Source: Candidatus Hodarchaeota archaeon (GTDB lineage: Archaea > Asgardarchaeota > Lokiarchaeia > Sigyniarchaeales > SOKP01). Taken from it: a DNA stretch of 64,000 nt. Below, piece after piece: positions 1 through 10,165 of the stretch. The stretch spans positions 1 to 64,000 of the forward strand of contig JBHLKM010000008.1 of the NCBI GenBank assembly GCA_048886685.1, read 5' to 3'. Numbering within the stretch: the first letter of the stretch is position 1; each line of letters begins with the position of its first letter. Below the pieces are notes generated by a model. It was not told where the DNA came from. It saw only the letters and a list, made by a program, of their open reading frames with translations, and ran no database searches. The translations under genes were made by a program, and so were the position numbers.

Positions 1-15
1 GAATTAGAAATGCTT

Positions 16-159
16 TTAAATACCTTCCATATAAAGGGGAGATATGCCTATTTTTTTATTTTTAACCCAATATCCTCGGGGTGGTAGTATTATGTTATTA
101 TCTCTAACTATCTGTCCTAAACGTGAAGGTGATATCCCATAATATACTTTTTCTATTGA
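16..159 (-). pseudogene. Gene remnant encoding an HTH-like 'YGIS...LPPRGYW' peptide
   Basis: Minus-strand frame reads SIEKVYYGISPSRLGQIVRDNNIILPPRGYWVKNKKIGISPLYMEGI*, preceded by an in-frame TAG and with no usable start codon. Confidence 0.3.
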
Positions 160-339
160 CTATAAATTTACATTTCATAGTATATTTTAAGTAGTAATAG
201 GATTGACAAATTAAAAAGATTAATTATTTATTGAAATATTATGGTTCGTCCATAGTATTGAGCAGAGGAATTATAATCTAACTTTTACGTTTTCAAAAAA
301 CATAAAAAGTCTACATCTTTAAAAGCCGTTAAAGGAATT

Positions 340-1218
340 ATGGTTATAGAAGAAAAAAAGAGAGTTAAAACAAATTTTCTTATGACTGATAATCAACCTT
401 TTGGTTATATATATTTAGCTTTAAATACTTTAAATGGAAAAATATACATTGGAAAAACAGAATATCCTAGGAATATTATCACAAGATGGAAGGAACATTT
501 AAAAGAAGGTAGACATCTTAAGAAATTAAGAAAACAAAATCCAAATAAAAGGATCTCTGATACTCATTTAAATAATGCAATAGCTAAATATGGAGATAAC
601 GTCTGGATTGTAAAAAATGTAGATGTGGCATTTAATTCTGAAGATTTAACAATGAAAGAAAATTACTGGATTAAATATTACGATTCAATGAATAGAGAAA
701 AAGGATATAATATGACAGAAGGAGGTGCAGGAGCGAAATTAAGAGAAGAAGTTAAGCTGAAAATAAGTAAAACTATAAGAAATAAATGGAAAGAACCAGA
801 ATATAGAAGCCCCATTATCAAAAAAATACAAGAAAGATTTAAAGATCCTGAATATAAAAGAAGGGCTATACAAATACTTAAAAGAGGCTCTGAAAAAAGA
901 TGGAGCAATCCAAAAGAACGGGAAAGAATGAAGAAAATTATAACTAAGATTAATAGAGAAAAGGTAAAAAATCCAGATTATATAAAGAAACAAATAAAGG
1001 CCCATAAGAATGAAAGGAAAGAGATTAGAAATATATCGAAATTTCTCCTTGAAATCAAAAATGGGAGAGAAAGCAGAGAATTAACAAAAAAATATTTAAT
1101 GTCTCGACCTACTTTAAATAAAAGGGTTAAAGAAATACTAGGTAAGTATAGTGTAAACAATTTTAAAGAAGCACAAATGTTCCTTAAAGATAAGAGTATT
1201 AATGAGATTTTAAGGTAA
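340..1218 (+). CDS. Free-standing GIY-YIG endonuclease with C-terminal NUMOD3-like basic repeats
   Basis: GYIY...IYIGKT, RWKEH, ENYWI, GYN motifs; repeats KWKEPEYR / RFKDPEYK / RWSNPKER / KVKNPDY. Confidence 0.85.
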   Translation: MVIEEKKRVKTNFLMTDNQPFGYIYLALNTLNGKIYIGKTEYPRNIITRWKEHLKEGRHLKKLRKQNPNKRISDTHLNNAIAKYGDNVWIVKNVDVAFNSEDLTMKENYWIKYYDSMNREKGYNMTEGGAGAKLREEVKLKISKTIRNKWKEPEYRSPIIKKIQERFKDPEYKRRAIQILKRGSEKRWSNPKERERMKKIITKINREKVKNPDYIKKQIKAHKNERKEIRNISKFLLEIKNGRESRELTKKYLMSRPTLNKRVKEILGKYSVNNFKEAQMFLKDKSINEILR

Positions 1219-1267
1219 ATTAGTTTCTAAGGAAAAAGTATTTTTTTGATAATTAATTCTAAATAAC

Positions 1268-1759
1268 ATGGTAAGACCATGGTATTGGCCAAAAGAGGGA
1301 ATGTCTGAGCGAACAGAGCCATTTACTTGGATTATTAAAGGGAAGATGGCTATTTCATGGTGGCCTGATCCTTCTGTAATTGAGATATATCGAAATGAAG
1401 GAATCAAGGTAATTATAAATTGTTCCGAATTTGATAACCGAAAAGATATTCCTAAGGAGTTTGAATATTTCAATATAAGTATACCAGATTATGGCACACC
1501 CACAGAACTCCAGTTAAAAAGATTTTTAGAGATTACTAGTAAATATAGTAATGGTAATAATCCAATTGTAGTGCATTGTGTGGCAGGGTGTGGAAGGTCA
1601 GGTATAATGGTCATAGCTTGGGCTACATATAATGATTATATCCCCAAGGGGATAGATCCAGTAAACTGGATTCGTAAATTAAGATCGTGCTGTTTAGAAA
1701 CAAAAGAACAGATGAATCTGGCTCGTAAATTAGCTAAAAAGTATAGTAAAAGAGATTAA
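1268..1759 (+). CDS. Dual-specificity / protein-tyrosine phosphatase
   Basis: P-loop VHCVAGCGRSG (HCx5R); IPDYGTP general-acid loop; ETKEQ Q-loop. Confidence 0.9.
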   Translation: MVRPWYWPKEGMSERTEPFTWIIKGKMAISWWPDPSVIEIYRNEGIKVIINCSEFDNRKDIPKEFEYFNISIPDYGTPTELQLKRFLEITSKYSNGNNPIVVHCVAGCGRSGIMVIAWATYNDYIPKGIDPVNWIRKLRSCCLETKEQMNLARKLAKKYSKRD

Positions 1760-1778
1760 AGAAGTTTTTTCTAATTAA

Positions 1779-2390
1779 TTAGTTCTCCTCTTTTGCTAGA
1801 GCTAAAATAATTTTCATTAATAGATTAACCAAATCTTCATCGGAACCAAACATGTTTCTGTAATATATATGTCGATGGATTATTGCATCAACTGCTTGTA
1901 AAATTATTTTTTCTTTCCCTTCTATATGGAAATTACTTTTTTTAAACTTTTTTGCGGCAGACAATATTGGTTCTATTATTATATCTGTTACAGGTTCAAT
2001 AAATTCAGATAATTTAAGATATGAATCCATGTTTGACATTATTTCTACTTCCATTGCAGCAGAAAATTCTCGTAATTTTCGATGCATGTCTATATTTCGA
2101 TATAAGATTGTTTTAAGAGCCTCAGTAAAATTATCGAAGTTATTAACGGAAAAAAAATTTCTGATTTCCAGTTTTTCCATAGCATCTTTAAATATTATTT
2201 TCAAAATTTCAGGTTTCCCTTTTTTAAAATGATAGAATAAGGTTCCTGCACTTATATTTGCTTTTCTTGCAATTTCTCTCATGCTTACACTATTATATCC
2301 CTTGCTAGTTATTAAGTCTAGGGCTACTCTTATAATATGATTTCTTGTAGAGAATTCTATATCTCTTTTCTCATTTGAGTTTGGAACCAT
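1779..2390 (-). CDS. TetR/AcrR family transcriptional regulator
   Basis: N-terminal HTH KGYNSVSMREIARKANISAGTLFYHFKKGK. Confidence 0.92.
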   Translation of the reverse strand: MVPNSNEKRDIEFSTRNHIIRVALDLITSKGYNSVSMREIARKANISAGTLFYHFKKGKPEILKIIFKDAMEKLEIRNFFSVNNFDNFTEALKTILYRNIDMHRKLREFSAAMEVEIMSNMDSYLKLSEFIEPVTDIIIEPILSAAKKFKKSNFHIEGKEKIILQAVDAIIHRHIYYRNMFGSDEDLVNLLMKIILALAKEEN

Positions 2391-2424
2391 ATATATTTAA
2401 TAAGTTTTTAAAAATATAAATTAA

Positions 2425-2552
2425 TCGTTCATCGATCGAAAATACAATTCATTGGAATCGTTTGATCATTGATCGATAGATTTAAATGTAGATTATTAAT
2501 ATTTTTTTATTAGTTGATCATTGATCGAATCGAATAAAATGATCATTGATCA
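2425..2552. promoter_or_regulatory. Four palindromic operator repeats (TGATCAnTGATCR) in the TetR/ABC divergent promoter
   Basis: TGATCATTGATC exact at 2463-2474, 2515-2526 and 2540-2551; degenerate CGTTCATCGATCGA at 2426-2439; TATA-like TTTAAATG at 2481; RBS GAGGT at 2555. Confidence 0.8.
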
Positions 2553-2567
2553 AAGAGGTAATTAAAT

Positions 2568-3302
2568 ATGACCTTGAATAAAAAATTTAAACAAAATCAA
2601 TTTCAATTCATTGCTAAAGATGTCAAAAAAAGCTATTGGACAGGAAATATAGAAGTAAAAGCATTAGATGGGATAAGTCTAAATGTTGAAAAAGGGGATT
2701 TTAAAATGATCTTAGGACCATCAGGAAGTGGTAAAACAACATTAATGAATATATTAGGAGGTTTGGATTCTGCAGATTCAGGAGAAATAATAATATATCT
2801 TGGTAATGGAAAATCTAAGGATATAAGAAAATTTACTAAAAATGAATTAACAAATTATCGTAGAAGGCATATTGGGATAATTTTTCAATTTTATAATCTA
2901 ATTCCAATCCTTACAGCTTTAGAAAATGTTGAATTAGCAGCAAGATTTTCTGGAATTTCAAATCCTAAAAAAAAATCTAAAGAATATTTGTCTGAATTAG
3001 GTCTTGGAGATAAGTTTAATCGATATCCAAATCAACTTGCTGGAGGAGAACAGCAGAGAGTTGCAATTGCTCGCGCTTTAGTTAAAGATCCAGCTCTAAT
3101 ACTTGCTGATGAGCCTACAGGTAATTTAGATTCGGTTAAAACAGACGAAATTTATAAGATTCTAAAAAAAATGTCTGAGGATTACAATAAAACGATATTA
3201 ATAGTGACTCACGATGAAGATATGGCAAATAAATATGCAAAAGAGCATATTCACATCAGAGACGGAAAATTTATCAGAAACCAAGGAAAAACTGTGGGGT
3301 GA
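2568..3302 (+). CDS. ABC transporter ATP-binding protein (LolD/MacB-like)
   Basis: Walker A GPSGSGKT, signature LAGGEQQRV, Walker [10 protein letters not shown]-loop VTHD. Confidence 0.95.
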   Translation: MTLNKKFKQNQFQFIAKDVKKSYWTGNIEVKALDGISLNVEKGDFKMILGPSGSGKTTLMNILGGLDSADSGEIIIYLGNGKSKDIRKFTKNELTNYRRRHIGIIFQFYNLIPILTALENVELAARFSGISNPKKKSKEYLSELGLGDKFNRYPNQLAGGEQQRVAIARALVKDPALILADEPTGNLDSVKTDEIYKILKKMSEDYNKTILIVTHDEDMANKYAKEHIHIRDGKFIRNQGKTVG

Positions 3303-3308
3303 AATTCT

Positions 3309-5699
3309 TTGAAAAAGATTTCTATATGGTTTATATGGAAGAAAGCGTATAAAACTCTTTTAAAGAATAAACGTAAAACATTTCCAGTTATAATTCTATT
3401 AACTTTTTCTATTGGATTTGGAACTATATTATTCGATATTCAAGATATTAGGAGTAGAGCTGTGGAGGAAGCAATTGAAAAAACAAATTTTGCAGATAGT
3501 TTTGTATATTTCGAGCCACTTCCTGAAATTTTGATAACTCAACTTATAGAAGATGAGCTTTCCCCATATTTAGATGATTATGAAGTAAATATGTTAGTTG
3601 TCTCAAAATTTGTTATTTCTGGAAAAGATTATGATGGCGTATTAGTTGGCATAAATATATCAAAAGAAAATCATGTAAATAAATTAATAAATGGAGAGAA
3701 AGAAGAGATCGAGGATTATGAATTTGCTCTTAATTGGGCATTTGCTGATGATAATAACATTAAATCAGGAACAGAAATATTATTTTCATATGGTTCTTAT
3801 GAAATGTTAATAGAAATAGAAAACATAGGATATAATCCTGAGTTTCAATTTCTACCTTTATATAAGAATACTGCTTTTCCTTCTATCAGACCTTATCCTG
3901 TATTATATCTTGACAAATTATTTCTAAATAACATGGTTTTGAACTATTCAACGCCCTTAGTAAATTATTTTGTGTACAAATTGAAAGACCAAAGCAATAT
4001 TCAATTAGTAAAAGAGAAAGTTGAACTAATTTTTGGAGAGTATCTTACTCAGCAATTATTACAGGAACAGCATCCTTTTGTAAAAACAATGAGAGAGGAT
4101 GAAAAAAATGATCGGCGCTTAATTTTATTTCTAACGATTATTCTGTTAATTGGAGCCATAATTACGTTAATTTTGGTAATAAATAAGTTAGTAGAGGATG
4201 ACTTGAAATCAATTTCAGTTTTTCAAGCATTAGGGTCAAATAGAAAAGAAATATTAGCAAGCTTCCTTATTTTTAACATGCTTCTAATAAGTTTCTCTTT
4301 CCTTTTTGGTGTTTTATTTAGTATAGGTTTTAATATCCCAGTGAATAATTTTATGATGGATGCGTTGAACATACCATTCGATCTTGGAATAATTATTTCA
4401 TTTAACAATTCACTTTGGATTGGACTAATCTTATTCATAGTATCGATTATTTCTACATTATCTATTGTAAAGAGAACATTTAAAATGGATGTTCAAAAAT
4501 CAATGAAATTTGAAACGAAATTTTTAGAAAAGATTAATATTATAGAAAAACTTTATCGAAAAATAAAAAAGAATCCACATCCCTTAACAAAATATAATCT
4601 TCGAAGAATTTTTGGTAAGAAATTACATTTAATTTCTTTAATTTTAGCTCTTAGCTTTTCTGCATCATTGATTATATTCACTTTCTCATTTCCAAATAGT
4701 ATAAATTATTCCGTGAATCGACAATTTAATGAAATAGAAAAATGGGATTGCTATGCTAATACTTGGCAATATGAGGATGATTTGTTAATAAATTCATCAT
4801 TAAATTCTATAGAAGAGCTTACTCTATATGAATTTGGTATTTCTGATTCCATACTTTTTTCAAAATACAATGATACAGAATTTAAAACTACACATAGATT
4901 AATGGCTTATGAAGAGAATTCAGAATTGCACCGTATTAAAGTTGAAAGAGGAGAGATTTTTGAAGATATTGATGATGTTATTCTTTCGAAAGATATAATT
5001 GAGAAGTATCACCTAGAGATTGGAGATATTATTTATGTCAAAAGCATAGGTTTAGATAAAATATATCAATTAAGAATTGTGGGTTTAGTAAATGATTTAA
5101 CCGCTTCAACATTATATCTAATGATTCCTAAAGCTCAGATAATTTTGAATAGAACCCATAGAATTAACACAATTTATTTCACCTCTAATAATATCGATAC
5201 CTGTGCTGAAAAGGTTCAAAATATTCCAGAAGTGGAGATCGTAGTAAAAATGAGTAGTTTAAAGGAAGATATTAAATATGTCTTGCAAATGATTTCTTCA
5301 TTTTTCATTGTGTTTGGTGTAGTCTTTCTTTTATTTGGAGTACTTCTTTTACTAATAATTTTTAAATCTAATATTGATTATCGTATTGAAGATTATTGTA
5401 GCATGAAAGCAATCGGTTTGTCTAATTTAGAAATTGGGAAAAGTTTATCATACGAATTACTGTTTTATTTCATTGTTTCTTTATTACTGGGCTCTTTTCT
5501 TGGAAACATAATCTCAAAATTTATAATTACTATGTACTCAACAATTATGCCTGGAATCCATTATCATCTATATTCAATTAGTTATTTCTTCTATATTTCG
5601 ATTTTTGGGATTATCATTTTATTATCATTTTTTATTAACCTTCGAAGAGTTCAAAAAGTCCAACTAGCTAAAATGATGAGAGAGAAAACATTTGGTTAA
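3309..5699 (+). CDS. ABC transporter permease, FtsX/MacB-type, internally duplicated
   Basis: Two repeats of TM + extracytoplasmic domain + 3 TM with FQALGSNRKEI and MKAIGLSNLEI motifs; 6 bp downstream of the ATPase; TTG start. Confidence 0.88.
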   Translation: MKKISIWFIWKKAYKTLLKNKRKTFPVIILLTFSIGFGTILFDIQDIRSRAVEEAIEKTNFADSFVYFEPLPEILITQLIEDELSPYLDDYEVNMLVVSKFVISGKDYDGVLVGINISKENHVNKLINGEKEEIEDYEFALNWAFADDNNIKSGTEILFSYGSYEMLIEIENIGYNPEFQFLPLYKNTAFPSIRPYPVLYLDKLFLNNMVLNYSTPLVNYFVYKLKDQSNIQLVKEKVELIFGEYLTQQLLQEQHPFVKTMREDEKNDRRLILFLTIILLIGAIITLILVINKLVEDDLKSISVFQALGSNRKEILASFLIFNMLLISFSFLFGVLFSIGFNIPVNNFMMDALNIPFDLGIIISFNNSLWIGLILFIVSIISTLSIVKRTFKMDVQKSMKFETKFLEKINIIEKLYRKIKKNPHPLTKYNLRRIFGKKLHLISLILALSFSASLIIFTFSFPNSINYSVNRQFNEIEKWDCYANTWQYEDDLLINSSLNSIEELTLYEFGISDSILFSKYNDTEFKTTHRLMAYEENSELHRIKVERGEIFEDIDDVILSKDIIEKYHLEIGDIIYVKSIGLDKIYQLRIVGLVNDLTASTLYLMIPKAQIILNRTHRINTIYFTSNNIDTCAEKVQNIPEVEIVVKMSSLKEDIKYVLQMISSFFIVFGVVFLLFGVLLLLIIFKSNIDYRIEDYCSMKAIGLSNLEIGKSLSYELLFYFIVSLLLGSFLGNIISKFIITMYSTIMPGIHYHLYSISYFFYISIFGIIILLSFFINLRRVQKVQLAKMMREKTFG

Positions 5700-5842
5700 A
5701 TTTTTATTTTTTTTGAAATATGCTAGCATGAAAAATAGCGAGAAAATATCAAAAATAAGATAATGTAAAGTATATAATATCGAAATTAATATTATTATTA
5801 TTAATAATAAAATTTTTCATTGCTGAACTACTCTAAGAATAG

Positions 5843-7018
5843 ATGCCTATGCAAAAATCAGACTACATCTATATGATTGCAGATAACATCATGGTATATC
5901 AAATTACTCTCCCTGAAGATCTTCAAGGAAATAAGTTACACGTACATCTTAACAAATATGATGAAAAATATCTTAAAATTATAGCGGGATTTGATAAAAA
6001 CTTCTTAGAACATTTTTTAATAATATCAAAAGGTAATGATCAGGAAGAACTCGCTGAGACACTTAAAAAAATGGAAAAAATTTCGTTTATGATTGGACCT
6101 ACTGGAAATCTTAATTACCTATCGCCAAATCAGATTCAGTATATTCTTACTAAACTGGGATCTTTAAAATTGAATGAAATAAAGGAAGGAAAAATCAGTA
6201 AAATTGCCGATGATCAATTAGAAAAAGAATTTGGATCTTCTTATTCCACAACTTCAGCAATAGAAAATCAACTCGCAAGTGCTGCTTTTTACCTTCAGCA
6301 AATAGGATATTCTCACCAAGAAATCCAAGAAAAGCTCAATGAAGTCCAACAAGATCCTTCGAAAGTTGATACTCTATTTACTTTGCCCCCAAAAGAAATT
6401 ATCAGTATGCCTTCAGAAATACAACAACGGAGTTCTGCTCCATCAAGGACTCAACCTAGCCAACCTACACCTCAACAACCTCAAATTATTCAAAGGAGTC
6501 AAGCAACAGAAAATGCTATAGAGCATCATATCCAGGCGATTCAACATGAAATTACTGGAGAGAGAGCAAATAAAGTTGAGGAAATCATTCAATTAATTAA
6601 AACTCATGTTAAAGAGAATATGAACGAGAGATACGAGAGAGTATTTAGACAGATACACCCTGATCGATTAAACCGTGCTTATAAAATGTTGAAAGATACA
6701 AAGAGGAAATCAAAAAGAATGAACCTTTATTTAGAATGGTTCTTTTGCACCCATCTTTTATCGAATATTGAAGTAAAGGTTGAACATTGGCAAACTAGTA
6801 GTGCAGCTGGTCATGGAAGTACAGGAGTATATACAGCAGGTATTAATTTTGGACGATATGATCAGATTATAAGAGAGTTTTCAGATAATAAATTAACTAA
6901 AGTTATTAATATAGCCCAAAGAATATTAGAAAATCCTACTAAAAGAGCAATTCAGAAGCTAGGGCAAGATCTAATTGCTGAAACAGGCTTTGACGAACAT
7001 TTATATTTCACAGATTAA
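5843..7018 (+). CDS. Hypothetical protein, two domains joined by a Pro/Gln/Ser-rich linker
   Basis: 391-aa ORF with host-like composition; linker SSAPSRTQPSQPTPQQPQ. Confidence 0.75.
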   Translation: MPMQKSDYIYMIADNIMVYQITLPEDLQGNKLHVHLNKYDEKYLKIIAGFDKNFLEHFLIISKGNDQEELAETLKKMEKISFMIGPTGNLNYLSPNQIQYILTKLGSLKLNEIKEGKISKIADDQLEKEFGSSYSTTSAIENQLASAAFYLQQIGYSHQEIQEKLNEVQQDPSKVDTLFTLPPKEIISMPSEIQQRSSAPSRTQPSQPTPQQPQIIQRSQATENAIEHHIQAIQHEITGERANKVEEIIQLIKTHVKENMNERYERVFRQIHPDRLNRAYKMLKDTKRKSKRMNLYLEWFFCTHLLSNIEVKVEHWQTSSAAGHGSTGVYTAGINFGRYDQIIREFSDNKLTKVINIAQRILENPTKRAIQKLGQDLIAETGFDEHLYFTD

Positions 7019-7181
7019 ACTTTTTTACGAAAAAATTAGCTTTACTTTTTATAAACGGTGGTTCCTCTGACTATTATTTCAATTACTGGGATAAATATGA
7101 TCTCATCAAGATATACCTCAAAAGCGTTTTTATCCAAGAATATAAAATCCGATAATTTTTTTGGATAGAGGGAGGATTGTG

Positions 7182-7991
7182 ATGTCGAAATTTAGATATG
7201 ATGATATTGAACTTTATTATATTAAAGAGGGTGAGGGCGAGCCTTTAGTGCTCCTTAGTGGATTAGGAAGTAAAATGAGTTGGAATTATCAAATCCCATT
7301 TTTTAAACAAAAGATGATGGTGATAGCTCCCCATAATCGAGGTGCTGGTAAAAGTTCCCGACCTGATTATCCATATAACATGGATATGTTTGTAGAAGAT
7401 CTTAAACAATTATTAGAACATTTGGGGATACGAAAAAACATTCATCTTTGTGGACTTTCAATGGGGGGAATGATTGCTCAAAACTTTATTTTAAAATATC
7501 CTCAAATGATTAAAACATTAATATTGTGTGCAACTTTTGCTAGGAATGAAGCTGACTCGTCAAAATCAATAATAGAAGCCCAGAAGCTAATGGAAGATTT
7601 TGATTTAGAACATAAATTCAAGGTGAGAGCTGCTGCATTATATTCACGACCATTTAGAAAAAAACTGAAGCAAGATAAAGAGTTGTACGAGAGTCTCAGA
7701 CGCAATTTTATGGAGGATCAAATAACCTTACAAGACTGGATTAATCAAGGTGCTGCTGTCTCAGAGCATAATACCGAAGACCTTTTACATACAATAAAAC
7801 ACCCAACTTTAGTTTTATTAGGAGATGATGACCATATCATGCCCACGTTAAAGTATTCAAAAATATTACATGAGAAAATTCCAAATTCTAAACTTGAAAT
7901 AATTGAAGGTGTGGGTCACAGATTCACGGATGAAAAGCCAGAAGTAGTAAATAATATTATATGGAATTTTATTAAAGAGTATATGGAATAA
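7182..7991 (+). CDS. Alpha/beta hydrolase (lipase / enol-lactone hydrolase-like)
   Basis: GLSMGG nucleophile elbow, GDDD acid, GH catalytic His; GGAGG RBS before ATG 7182. Confidence 0.9.
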   Translation: MSKFRYDDIELYYIKEGEGEPLVLLSGLGSKMSWNYQIPFFKQKMMVIAPHNRGAGKSSRPDYPYNMDMFVEDLKQLLEHLGIRKNIHLCGLSMGGMIAQNFILKYPQMIKTLILCATFARNEADSSKSIIEAQKLMEDFDLEHKFKVRAAALYSRPFRKKLKQDKELYESLRRNFMEDQITLQDWINQGAAVSEHNTEDLLHTIKHPTLVLLGDDDHIMPTLKYSKILHEKIPNSKLEIIEGVGHRFTDEKPEVVNNIIWNFIKEYME

Positions 7992-8003
7992 TTTAATGAA
8001 TCA

Positions 8004-9599
8004 TTAGTTTTTTTTTTTATATACTGTCTTACCCCTTATAATTGTTTCAAGAACCTGAATTTTTCTAATTTTATCATTTGAGACTTCAAGAGGATTTTTA
8101 TCTAGTATAACTAAATCTGCTAGTTTATCCACCTCAATACTCCCTTTGATATTTTCCTCAAAAGCCGCATAAGCTGCATTAATTGTGTAAGATTTCAATG
8201 CCTCTTCAATTGAAATGCATTGCGCTGGAACAAAACCGTTTCGGTCAACAAGAGCATGTAATCCCATGATAACATTAGGTTCTTCAACGGGGCAGTCTGA
8301 ACCTGATGCTAAAACAATCCCTGCATCAATAATAGATTTCATTGGGTATGTATATTTGCAGCGCTCCGCTCCAATTCTCTTCTCTAACCATGTGTATTCT
8401 GAATTAATAAATGGTGGTTGACAAGAAGCTATAATTCCATAATTTTTCATATCTTTTATGACATCATCAGTTAACATTGAAGCATGTTCGATTCGATGTC
8501 TGTGATCTACTCTTGGAAATTCTGTTAAAAGCCTTTTATATAAGTCAACACAGATTCTATTGCCTTTATCTCCAATAACATGTATAGCTATTTGAAATCC
8601 ATTATTATGAGCTACTTTCATTTTTTCATACATTTCCTCTTCATCAACAACACAAAATCCACATGAATCAGGCTCATCTGAAAAAGGTTCCCACATACAA
8701 GCGGTTTTAGCTCCAAAAGTGCCATCAAGGAATAACTTCAAAGTGCCTACCTTGAACTTGCTATCATCTTTACCTCCATCCAAAGGTGGGTTCTTTAATT
8801 TTATTAGCTTTTTTGGCTTATCTATAGAAACAAAGGCATACCAATTCTGAAGGATGTTATTTTGTATTATTTTGTATATATCTATTCTACCTTCATCTAA
8901 TTGCCCATGAATCGATGTGATTCCATTTTCAGCAAATAGCTTAAATGCACTATCAGCAATCTCCTGTAATACATTAGGTTTGGGTATCAGATATTTTCTA
9001 ATCTTCGAAAACACCATATCTAAAGCATTTTCGGAGATAATCCCGGTTAACTCATCCCTATCGTTTCTTCTAATTTCTCCACCCTCAGGAGCTATTGTAG
9101 TGGAATCAATACCAATCAGTTCTAAAGTTTTCGAGTTTGCAATTCCAATATGACCATCATATCTCACAATAAAAACAGGGTGTTCTGGACAGGCTTCATC
9201 TAAATCCCATCGTGTAGGTAATTTTGGCACATCAAATTCCTCCTCTTTTAGCTTTAAACCATATATAAGATTTCCTTTTTTTATTTTAATTGCTGCATTT
9301 TTCAACAATTTTTGTAGCTCTTTTAAATTTTTAACATTAGATAAATCGAGGTTTAGCAACAGGTATATAAAACTAATTGGGTGCATATGAGAATCTATAA
9401 AACCAGGTAGAAGCGTTTTTCCACTCAATTCTATTATTTCATAATCATCACCCATCTGATCTTTAACCTCATCTAGACTTCCTATAGCGATAATTTTCTC
9501 GTTGGCAATTCCCACGGCATTTACATAAGGTTGTTTAGGATTCATGGTGATAATTGATCCCCCATAAAACACTTTTCTCCTTAATCGATCTGAATTCAT
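8004..9599 (-). CDS. Amidohydrolase family 3 (YtcJ-like)
   Basis: PGFIDSHMH, KLFLDG, IHVIGD, RIEHAS, GSDCPV, GSIEVDKLADLVILD. Confidence 0.92.
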   Translation of the reverse strand: MNSDRLRRKVFYGGSIITMNPKQPYVNAVGIANEKIIAIGSLDEVKDQMGDDYEIIELSGKTLLPGFIDSHMHPISFIYLLLNLDLSNVKNLKELQKLLKNAAIKIKKGNLIYGLKLKEEEFDVPKLPTRWDLDEACPEHPVFIVRYDGHIGIANSKTLELIGIDSTTIAPEGGEIRRNDRDELTGIISENALDMVFSKIRKYLIPKPNVLQEIADSAFKLFAENGITSIHGQLDEGRIDIYKIIQNNILQNWYAFVSIDKPKKLIKLKNPPLDGGKDDSKFKVGTLKLFLDGTFGAKTACMWEPFSDEPDSCGFCVVDEEEMYEKMKVAHNNGFQIAIHVIGDKGNRICVDLYKRLLTEFPRVDHRHRIEHASMLTDDVIKDMKNYGIIASCQPPFINSEYTWLEKRIGAERCKYTYPMKSIIDAGIVLASGSDCPVEEPNVIMGLHALVDRNGFVPAQCISIEEALKSYTINAAYAAFEENIKGSIEVDKLADLVILDKNPLEVSNDKIRKIQVLETIIRGKTVYKKKN

Positions 9600-9729
9600 A
9601 AAAAACCATCTCACTCCTTACTTGAGAAATTTAGTTAGTAAATTAAATACTTTCAAAGATATAAAATTCTTTATCAAAATTAAAAAAAAATAGTTTAAAT
9701 TGTTGAATTTGGTGTAGAAGAAACTAAAA

Positions 9730-10098
9730 TTAATAAATAAATAAAGTTTGGAAAACTATTACTATTGCTAGAGCTATAATAACCATACTAGCAGCAAAAA
9801 CCAATCCTCTTCTAACCTCTCCTGAAAGTGTTCTGTCAACCATTCCCCCCCAAAAAGCAGAAAGGGAAAAAATTATCATCCCTAATTGGAGGAGAAGACC
9901 CGAAAAAGCTGAGAGTGTATACAAAGTATCATAAAACGTTTCCACTTCACCTGGAGTACTAGGATCCGCATAGTTAATATATAAAGTTCTTGCGCATATT
10001 AAAATAACTCCAACAACTAGAAAAATTATAGCTAGGACAAAAGTCTTCATATAGCTTTTCTCTAATATAGATCCACGATCTGATTCCATTGATTTCAC
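9730..10098 (-). CDS. Small membrane protein (about 3 TM)
   Basis: Three hydrophobic segments in 122 aa. Confidence 0.65.
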   Translation of the reverse strand: MKSMESDRGSILEKSYMKTFVLAIIFLVVGVILICARTLYINYADPSTPGEVETFYDTLYTLSAFSGLLLQLGMIIFSLSAFWGGMVDRTLSGEVRRGLVFAASMVIIALAIVIVFQTLFIY

Positions 10099-10165
10099 CT
10101 CTAATTTAAATAAAGAGTATTTACTTTAATGTCAAATACTATATATTTTTACTTCATTTAAATAA

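Noticed and set aside
2425-2552. Short repeats as a mini-CRISPR array
   Set aside because: Repeats are only 12-13 bp with irregular spacing and no cas genes; they fit TetR operators.
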